Positions 53,764 through 64,000 of a DNA stretch of 64,000 nucleotides are shown in pieces. A model generated the notes under the pieces. The model searched no databases and was not told the origin of the DNA. It saw only the letters and a program-made list of their open reading frames with translations. Position numbers and translations under genes: made by a program. Source of the stretch: Octopus bimaculoides (lineage: Eukaryota); the NCBI RefSeq assembly GCF_001194135.2, contig NC_068985.1:22097425-22161424 (forward strand), written 5' to 3'. The stretch's first letter is position 1. Each line of letters opens with the position of its first letter.

Positions 53764-54083
53764 TCATTATCATCATCATCGTTTAACATCCGCTTTCCAT
53801 GCTAGCATGGGTTGGACGATTTGACTGAGGACTGGTGAACCTGATGGCTACACCAGGCTCCAATCTGATTTGGCAGAGTTTCTACAGCTGGATGCCCTTC
53901 CTAACGCCAACCACTCAGAGAGTGTAGTGGGTGCTTTTACGTGCCACCGGCACGAATGCCAGTCATACGGTACTGGCAATGGCCATACTTAAAATGGTGT
54001 ATTTTACGTGCCACCTGCACAGGAGCCAGTCCAGCGGCACTGGCAACGATCTCGCTTGAATGTCTTTACACGTGCCACTGGCA
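53764..54083 (-). mobile_element. Copy of the RTE-tailed retroposon
   Basis: Near-identical to the 18.2 kb copy; 9-bp TSD tatatagat (53754-53762, 54086-54094). Confidence 0.82.
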
Positions 54084-54720
54084 GATATATAGATGGTATA
54101 TTTTCATATAAGTCATAACTAAAGCAAAGAAATGATAGCTTTTTTCATAAAAAAACATAAAAGCTCAATTTATTTATCTAAATTTATCTAAGTTTTGTAT
54201 ACAAAAAGCCCAGTCTATGTCTAACTAATAAAATCACTAGGATACAATATAATCTGCAGCTGTTGTATATGTGCAGTTGCAAAGAACAATGGACCTTTTA
54301 GCCTTTAAAGATACTCTTGTAGTAAACTAATGAGAGATAGTTTACTAATGTTTTTTGTATTTTTTTTTTTATTTGTTCAATGATTAATAACTGAAAAATA
54401 GCATGCGAAGGAAGTAAAGTATAAATGTGGTGTTACAGTACAAAAATTTTATCTGCTGGTTAGTGATGGGCTTTCATGGAGCAAGAGAGAGAAAAGCGAA
54501 GAAATAGAGAAGCAAAAGGTGAACAGGTAGATGATGTATGGCATTGTAAACAGTAGAGGATGTTGATATAATGGTACAAGAAGCAAAGGGAATCTATGTT
54601 TCTAAAGCAAACGTTTCCAAATGGAAAAGTTGAAGACTAAAAGGAATGCACCATCCAATTTATTTTTGGTATCCTATTTGAATTATCATATTTATTTACT
54701 TATCAGCCTGTTCTCTTCTT

Positions 54721-54759
<39 letters not shown>

Positions 54760-57700
54760 TTGAATCCATATGTAGCTATTTACTTTTTCATAACTTGTTT
54801 ATGATATATCTTTAAGTACAGTATCACAAAATATACTTTACATTTTGTAACACAATCTGATGTGTGTGTGTGTGTGTGCACGCACACACACATACACATG
54901 CAATGTGTGTTCTGATGGAACAACTACCATCTGCTTTCTAAGCATATCATGATGAACCAGATACATCTAGAGATCATGGTGTGATATATATCTATATATA
55001 TATATATATATATACAGAATTAAAAAGTAGTTTCCTAAACATGAGTTAATTTGCCAAAATAAAACCATTATTATTGCTTAAATATCTGTTTAGCAAACTG
55101 GCATATACTCCTTTACTCTTCCCAAGGACTGTGACCAAATATTTCCATGTAACCATATTTTGTGTTATATATCTACGAAGAATAACTTTCAGAGTTCTGA
55201 ATGAACAGCCACACTCCAGAGCTTTCTTAACCTACTCCCTTATAATGGTATTTTTCACAAAACACTTCATATGTTTATATGAAAACTCTTATACATCTTA
55301 TATGAACTGACCTATATATTATTCTGAATTCATTTGCACTGGAAAATTTGATTTCCACATTCCTCTGCAATTGCTGCAACTCTCTTTCGTTGCAAATTAT
55401 TTTATTTCTGTTATAATCATTACATATTTTAGCTTTTGGATGATGCAAGATTTTTTTATTTTCTATTTTGTTATCAACAAAGACAACACAATCCCTTGAT
55501 ATTCTCCCCAGTGTAAGCATATTGGTTACACTTCACAGAAAAACCCAATAATTCCTTTTCTGTAAAGTGAAAAGATACTGGTTTTAATTCTTGGTCGCAT
55601 TTACAGATTTTTTACTCTTTCTACTAAACCCTTCACCACACAAAATATTGATCCATAGGGAAATTCTTGTCAGCAATTAATCTTGATTGAATTCCTTAAT
55701 GAGAACTCAAACACAAATATGAAATGGAGCAGACTGAGAAAATAATTTTATTGAACATTTACTTTTCACCAAACTTCAGCAAACTGATCTTATTAGCTCT
55801 TTATAACATGACTTATATAGATTTAATGATTCACAAAGATGTTTCTCATTGTCCATTAGATTTCTACTTAGCATATTCCAAAATATGCAAAGCAAATCAA
55901 GGTAGGGAAATAATTGCAAGAGATATACTTTTCGCATCATCATTTCACCAGAGTTAGCTTATGTAGTTTCAGGGTATGGAGAAACTTCAAACTGCAACCT
56001 GAACCTATTGTTCCTTTTTCTTTTCTTTTTTTCATTTTCTTTTTGTTCTATTTCATTATGATTCTACAGCTTCATATTAGTTTTTGTTCCATTTGATTCT
56101 CCCTGCTCCATTAGGTTTGTTAAAGAAAGCTATGTTACAAAAAAAAATGTAATGTCAAAAATTAATGAGTGAAATGTCACAATATACTCAAGAGGAATTG
56201 ATATATAGATGTTATAATACAATGAATTACTACATTTCATTTTCCGATCCTTGTTTTGTTCTGTTTAGGACTTACAGAGAGAATATAGACCATTTGTATG
56301 ACATAGTCAATTCTCATGACTATCTTATATGTTTCAATTCCATCTCCTAATTATCTAATTAACATGTCATATCCACTCCATGACTGCAGTTGACATCACA
56401 TACAATTCTATCTGCTCCATACTTTTATGCCTTTCTTATTGCTAACATCACATACAATTCTATCTGCGCCATTTACATAAAATAAAATAACTATTAATGA
56501 GGTATTGTTTTCCATACTTTTATGCCTTTCTTATTGCTAACTCTTACCTGTTTTTCAAGTAAGGGATCTCTTATTCTCTACATTTTGAAAGCTGCAACAT
56601 CAGTTAATGATTTGTAAACGGGGGGGGGGGGGATCAACGTCATTGTTTGTAGTTCAGCAATTTTTAGAGGAGTGCACATGTAAACAAATACACAGACACA
56701 CATATACATCACTTTTCTGTGGTTGCATGGGTCAGAAAGAATTTGATAAGGCAGATTTTCTACAAACGGACGCCCTTCCTGTTGCCACCTATTTCCGCTT
56801 GTATGATGATGATCCTCATTTACAACCCTCATGCAATGTCTAGATGAGGGCACACATACATACACACACACACACACAACACACATACTGGGCTTCTTTC
56901 AGTTTCCATCTATCAAATCCATTCACAAGTCTTTGGTCAGCCTGAGACTGAAGTAGAAGACACTTGCACAAGGTGCCTCACAATGGGACTGAACTCAAGA
57001 TCATATGGTTGGGGAGCAAACATTTTAACCACACAGCCACACCTGTGCCAATGCATGTTACTTATATAACAACTATATTTCACTGAAATTCACAAGCTTC
57101 AGAAATATATCCATCATTCATTGTCTCATTTTTGATTTGGTAATGTTTGCATGCTGCTCAATGAATATATCTACCTATTTGGTCAGGTCTGTATATTTAT
57201 TCTCATTTGGTCCACACTGTATAGCTGTACAAAATGTAGCCAATTGTCTTGTAGTATCTGTTATATTTCCTAGATTTACTATGTTAATTAATAACATTTT
57301 TACATATAGTTTCTTGTGGGTAAGCACTGGTTTTAAACAACAACAATATATTAAATATTGTTTCTTCTTTTTGAGAAACCTTCAAACTTATTCTGGTTTC
57401 TTTGTAAAGTCATTACTATCATATCTAGCTTTAGTACATACTAGACTACCCATGACCCATTGGGTCACTGATAGTTCAGGTTATACAACATTGAAGCTGA
57501 TTTCAACATTGCATTGAAATGAAAGTTAATTTTATGATGATTCAGTTAAATATTTCAATTCATTTGTGTCTTCATAAGTCTGGTTTACAAGTTCATGTTT
57601 AAGGTTTTATTGATTATTTACAGCATCTACTAGAAATAGAACTTCTGGGATAAACTTGAACTCCAGTAACAGCATTTATTTATGGCATATATGCACACTT

Positions 57701-59834
57701 CTACAAAAATACAAAAGGAATTGTTATATTATGTAAACATAAAATTAATAGAAACAATTTTCACAGTATTATATATTCCCATTTCAGAGTTATGTTATTT
57801 TTGGAGTATTTTCCCATTATGTGCAGTTTTGGCTATTTTTGAAGGTAGCTCCCAAAAATTGCATATCTCAGGAATCCATGATCCAATTTACGCAAAGCTT
57901 GTTTTATTCTGTTTGTATTCACATTTCAGGGGTTACTTACTTTCAGAGTATTTTCCCATTATGTGCTGGTTTGGCTGTATTAAATTACAGGCAAGCACAC
58001 ATGCAAACAAGCAAGCAATCATAGAGTTTTAGTAGTATATAGATTGACTATGATGGAATTTATTTTATCATTCTTATGTGGCCATATCATAGCTTTTCTT
58101 TTATGGCTTTCCTTTAATTAGCTTTTTTGGATGAAATGTTAGGGGAAGGGGTTCTATCTAAAACTCACTCAATACTCCAAGCCCTGTGTTATAACTAATA
58201 ATTTCCTTATCAATAAAAATAACAGAAAATATTCTGTTGCTTTTTTATTCATATGCATTATTCCTGTTATTTTATTATTACTTCAGAGATGTAATTGCCT
58301 GGCAAGTGATTTGATCTGAGACTGTGTGTTGAAACTAATATAATTACAGCATGGAAGACACATATGAGACATTCAAAAGCACACAAAAAATCTTTAACTT
58401 CACTTAAACATTTATTATTTGGTGTTGAAAAGTTTTGTCACAATAAGTGTGATATGATCCCTGACAGGGTTCTACTGCAACTGGAACTCTTGTAGTGACT
58501 GGTTTGCAGCTGATGTAACAAAAATTCTGACACCAAATAAGATGTAGTTAATATTTTGGGTGCTTTTGAATGGCTAATATGTGTCTTCTGTGCTGTAATT
58601 GGTTCATTGTCGTTGTCATCATTCCACTGCTGCCACGGTTGTCATCACTATTATTATCATTTAAAAGTCACAAAATATGAAAGAGAAATTGAATATATTT
58701 AATAACCAAATGGGAGTAGAAACAAACAAATATATTTCTGTCTCATAAAATGCTTTTTATTTATTTTTATATGAAAGTAATATTTGTGATCAAATTACTA
58801 TGAACCACTGGTTACTGAAACCACTAGTGAATAAAAACCATTTGAAGGGTGGGGATCGTAAAATCTAAAAAAAAAGAAAAATAATAAATGAAATATCTGC
58901 TACTGAAAACATTGTTCAGTTTAAATGTTCATATTGTGATACATCTGGTGACTTATTAGAGTTGAATTTTTATTTTTCCTTTCCCTTTAAAAATACAAAA
59001 TTGGAAATGGTTGGAAATTTAGATGACAAAACAAAACTAGTTGAAACCCAATTACTCTTAAACTACTTCAACTGATACATGAAGAATGCAAGGAATGTTT
59101 AGAGATTTGCAACCTCAGTGGCACAAACGTTAGCAAAAGTCAAGTATAGTATATACATATAGCTTTCAATAAAAAAAAATTCTAAATATATTTTCAAAAT
59201 ACAGTGGTAGAGATTACAAATGATGAAAGGCAAGTCGACAATTTTTTTTTATGAGGGAAAATAAATTTGGAATGAATGATAACTGCACTTATCTACAAAC
59301 ATACATACATACATACACACATACACACATAATGACAATTTATTATATGTAAGTGTGTAACTCCAAAGCTAGTTGAATAACAACTAAAAAGGAAAATAAT
59401 ACAAAACTAAAAATATATTTTTATCTCAATATTCTGCATCATTTAATAATTATAAAAATCTCATTAAATTCTTTTGAAGAATTTCAGCAACCTAAATGCT
59501 GAATTAATGTAATGAACCAGGTGTTAAAAAATCTGTTACTAATAATATAACATTCCAACAGCTATATAGCTGCAGTTGGGGCATAGAACTTAATGTTATG
59601 CAACAATAACTGGTTGAGATAGGAACTGAGTACAATGTTATAGCATAGCGGTGCTCCAGCATGGCCGCAGTCAAATGACTGAAACAAATAAAAGAATAAA
59701 AGACTACAAATAAACTTAAAAAAACAATCACTGTGATATTCAGATATACCTTTAATTAATTAATAAAAGTAATTGACTTCGTTTTTGGATTTGGTTTGCA
59801 AGATTCTTTATGTGAGTTTGTGTGTTGAAGCATA

Positions 59835-60180
59835 TTTTGTTGTGTCTGGGGAGAGTCATTCTCTTTTAGTGCCTTATTATTTAACACACTCACTGGTAAA
59901 GTTTCCACTCATTTACTTATTTATTTTTCCTAGAATTTTCATTGTGTCTTGCAACCTTTTTAATAGTCGTTGACTCTGTCTGTTATCCGAGATGCATTCT
60001 TTTTGTTCATTTGTGCGCATGTGTGTGAGACAGCGTGTGTGCACATACACATGTATGTATGTATGTATGTATGCATGTAAGTGTATGTATGTGTGTGTGT
60101 GCATACGTATATAAGTATGTATATGTGTACATTTGTATGTAAGTATTCTGTGTTTGTGTGTTCGTATTTGTGTGTTTTTA

Positions 60181-60228
<48 letters not shown>

Positions 60229-61647
60229 GGTTTTTGCGACTATGTACTGTCTGTATGTATGGATGTGTGTCTCCATGCATGTCCTTGTGTGAAGTGTGTG
60301 TGTATATGGTCACATGTTTCAGTCTTCATTTGCATATGTATGTGTGTATGTGTGCTTGTCTGTTCATATCACATATGTACCTATCTGTCTGTATGTCTAT
60401 CTGTTTACATTTATATCCATTTACCTACACAGATGTGCACATACATATACATATACATACACACACACACACACACATATACATACATCTACATAACAGC
60501 CCACTAACTATTCTACCTGTATATAAATATAAACTGTGGGTATGGGGGTAGGATTACCTACTACATATATTTCCTATTTAGTACTGGGGATGTTTCATTA
60601 ATGAGCATGTACTCCTGTATTTGTCTGAGTGTTGACTCCTTTGGGTGCTTGGATAAAATGCAGATATTACGTTGACCCAGGCTGTGAATGTCAAGTTGAC
60701 CCAGGTTGCCTCCATGTTGGTCTAAGTTGACCCAGGTTGCTTCCATGTTGGTCCGGACCAACACGGAGGCAACCTGGGTCAACTTGACATCTGCATTTTA
60801 TCCAAGCACCAAAGGACCCAACACCCAGAGAAATACAGGAGTACGTCATCATAAATGAAACATTCCCAGTACTAAATATGTAGTAGGTAATCATACCCCC
60901 ATACCCATAGTTTATATTTATATACAGGTAGAATAGTTAGTGGGCTGTTATGTAGATGTATGTATATGTGTGTGTGTATGTATGTATATGTGTATGTATG
61001 TGCACATGTATGTAGGTAAATGGATATGATGTAAACAGATAGACATACAGACGTACAGGTACATAGGTAATATGAACAGACAAGCACACATACACACATA
61101 CATATGCAAATGAAGACTGAAACATGTGACCATATACACACACACTTCACTTTACACAAGGACACATATGGAGACACATATCCATACATACAGATACAGT
61201 ACATAGTCATGAAAAGCCATACACAGACACACTCAGACATGCGCGCGCACACACGCACACACACACACACACATAAAAATACGCAAAGACGAACACACAA
61301 ACACATGAATATGCATAAAACATACATACAAACATACACACATACAAACATACACACATACACACACATACATGCATACACACACTTGCATGGATACATA
61401 CATACATATATACATATGTGCATACATGTGACCCACACACACACATGCACACACAGTGACCCACACACGTGTGCACAAACAAAAAGAATGCAGCTCAGAT
61501 AATGGACAGAGTTAATGACTATTGGAAAGGTTGCAAAACACAATGAAAATTTTAAGAAAATAAATAAGTAAATGAGTGAAAACTTTACCAGTGAATGTGT
61601 TAAATAATAAGGCACTGAAAGGGAATGGCTCTCCCCAGACAACAAAA
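59835..61647. repeat. ~1.8-kb inverted repeat (palindrome) with no central spacer
   Basis: Centre gttggtcc|ggaccaac at 60754/60755; arms collinear out to ttttgttgtgtctggggagag / ctctccccagacaacaaaa; ORF track shows mirrored peptides (SHVSVFICICMCVCVLVCSY on both strands). Confidence 0.92.
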
Positions 61648-61760
61648 GTAATTGAAATACACCTTTAATTAATCAAATAAAAATAATTGGAAGTTATTAT
61701 TACATTTTGTTATCTTATTGCTAATTAGAAAAGGCTGGATATTTCTTAAAAATTTAGTTG

Positions 61761-61925
61761 TACAAGAGGCTGCTGAAAAGTTCCAGGCTTTGAGGGCATC
61801 ACAAAAGACCTGGTCGGAGGCCCAACTTTCCAGCTTCCACTGCAATAAGTGTGTGAATCTGAAAGGAGAATATGTTGAATAAAAGTCATAATAAACTGAT
61901 CCTCTTGTATTTTCTTTTACCCAAT
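61761..61925 (+). mobile_element. Mariner-derived MITE fragment
   Basis: TIR-like start (ta)caagaggctgctgaaaagttccaggc, plus a transposase C-terminal remnant HCNKCVNLKGEYVE*. Confidence 0.6.
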
Positions 61926-63329
61926 ACACTTACTTATATACACATGAAGGCATACACAATTTTTCATTAAAACCCTACGCTATTTGTCATTATTTATCTT
62001 GTAGACAAAATAGCTTAAATTCTGCAGGACAGATCTTTTTCAGTTCTGTCAGTTATTAATTAACCCATCATTTAAAAAAAAGGAATTTATTTTAAAGATG
62101 ATACGTCTTAAAATGTCAATTGAGCAGTAGCCACAACATTACTTTCGTTTCCAACTCTTTATAATGTCATAATAACAATCTATCTACTACACAAGGACAG
62201 CTATTCAGTACACTTGAAGTTTTTGTTGGTATCAGACAAGTGATCTATTCATCAAATATATGCATTGATAATAGTATTGTACCAGAATTAATGGACAATT
62301 TAGTGCAAGCATAGATGGTAAATAGTCTTTTTTACTATAGGCACAAAGCTTGAATTTTGTAGGGTGATGCTAGTTGATTACATCCAGCCCAGTGATCAAC
62401 TGGTACTTATTCTATTGCTCCTAAAATGATAAAAGGCAAAGTTGACCTCAACAGAATTTGAACTCAGAACATAAAGCCAGAAGAAATACTACTAAACGTT
62501 TTGTCTGGTGTGCTAACAATTCTGCCAATAATGATGACTGAGTCTCAATGCCTGTGAATCAGCATGAAAACAGAATAAAAACAGAAAATAATCAGTAACA
62601 TCATCAACTAGGAATAATTATTTTCCTTGTACAATAAAAATGAAAGAGTTAATCTTGATGATCATATATTTTGATGATTGTTTAAATTATAAAATTATAA
62701 AAACAGCAGAAAGATCTTGACTGCAGCTTTCTTGGATAAAATGAACCTTGAATGTAGAATGTAAAGTGATTATCACATTCGAGACAGGAACCCAATAATT
62801 ATAGTCTTTAAAACAGAAGGTGGAATACCTTAAATATGTTATTAATTATTCACAGGATGCTATTTTAATGCTTACTAATTAAATATGTTAATGCATATTA
62901 ATTAAAGAACTTAATCTAGTGATTACTTTAAGTAATGTTAAGAGTAAATGCTTATCTGACAATGTATGCAGAGGTCATGGCCATGGCACATAGAATAGAA
63001 AGGGATTGAAACTCTGAGATGTAACCATTTGCAATACTAACTCAAAACACTGGCCTGCCACCTAATCAGCTACCACTCAAGTGAACACACAAACTAAATA
63101 GATATCATGCTCATCAAGAAACAGAATAGACAGTTGGTTGTGAATATCAAGGTTTTACCTCAGTGAAGCATGTGCCTCTCAACATAAATTAGTAATTAGT
63201 GTCTTCAGAGTAAGAGATAGAGAGACCCAGAGAAATGAGAAGGAAGATATGGAAACAATTGAAAGATCCTTCAACTGCACATAAATTCAAAGCAGTACAA
63301 TGTGGAGAAGGAGGAGGAGATACTTACAA

Positions 63330-63850
63330 CATAGAAGATAAACTGAGAGTTCTTACAAGACAATTTACTGCAAACTAGATCTGTGGATAGTGCAAAGTTC
63401 TATCAGAGAGAAGGTGACATTGTGGTGGAATAGTAGAGTCATAAAAGCTCAGAGACAGGCTCATGAAGAATGAGAAAAAAATAGGAAGCAAGAACAATAT
63501 ATCTGGTAACTGGAAGAGAAGCTAAATGTCAGGTACACTTAGAAATGAATCTAAGAGGTTTGCAAGTTTGACATGAACGATGAGAAGCTTGGAGTATTTC
63601 AGATTGCAAAGCAGTGTATTAGTATGAATCAGATGTTGGGGGTGGTACCAAAAAGAACGAATTATGGAAAGGTTATGATACTAAATGAGAAAAATGCTCA
63701 AGAGAGTGAAGGATTAATCAAAAGAAAATATAACAGAGGGATCAGCTATTGAAAGTGACATTGAAATGTTTGAAATAGCCATTAAGGATATGAGAGCAGA
63801 GAAAGCATCTAAACCATTTTGGAAAAATACTGAAAACATCCCACAGAGTA
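63330..63850 (+). mobile_element. Decayed RTE-clade LINE ORF fragment
   Basis: Frameshifted pieces VTLWWNSRV.., GVFQIAKQC.., EIAIKDMRAEKAS.., typical of the endonuclease-RT linker. Confidence 0.55.
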
Positions 63851-64000
63851 GGGGACACATGAGTCTTGCCTAGTCAATAAGATAGCATAAGAAGTGGTCA
63901 TTCCCAATGATTGATGCAGTAGCATTATCAACCATTACAAGGGCAAACAAGATGCTTTATAAAGAAGCAACTACATATGCATTAAACTGATGGAGCAAGT

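Noticed and set aside
59040-59143. Plus-strand frame LKLLQLIHEECKECLEICNLSGTNVSKSQ before gtatag
   Set aside because: In-frame stop just upstream and no acceptor that keeps this frame open.
60670-60790. 31-bp repeats near the palindrome centre as a CRISPR-like array
   Set aside because: Eukaryotic context, no unique spacers, and the units are simple tandem copies.
60830-60890. Hammerhead-like GAAACAT...ATGTA stem III near the palindrome centre
   Set aside because: No CUGANGA core or convincing stem I in either arm.
59913-61645. Long ORFs up to 257 aa rich in C/V/Y/M/H/T
   Set aside because: Translations of TG/CA/TATG microsatellites in the palindrome arms.

Overview
AT-rich animal genomic DNA. 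The SINE, microsatellite and MITE content looks like an octopus/cephalopod assembly (my inference), and there are two N gaps. Nearly all ORFs in the supplied six-frame track are spurious (microsatellites, SINEs, introns). The main content is one spliced protein-coding gene on the minus strand. I rebuilt it by hand from 19-20 GT-AG exons between 991 and 39452; all intron phases agree, giving about 661 in-window codons with no stop. The gene continues past the left edge and its 5' end is uncertain. The product has a soluble N-terminal half, a helical/coiled-coil middle and Trp-rich hydrophobic segments near the C-terminus. I cannot name it. Introns and the upstream region hold a full-length decayed mariner (D34D), decayed Merlin/ISXO2, Gypsy gag and RTE LINE fragments, hAT, piggyBac-like and Tigger-like MITEs, and many tRNA-derived SINEs. 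The most unusual items are a pair of decayed hammerhead-ribozyme motifs in inverted orientation (29.7-29.8 kb), a ~1.8 kb zero-spacer palindrome (59.8-61.6 kb), a 99-nt stop-free intron, and a duplicated exon-like unit at 57.8-58.0 kb. I see no clear evidence of a wholly new multi-gene system.
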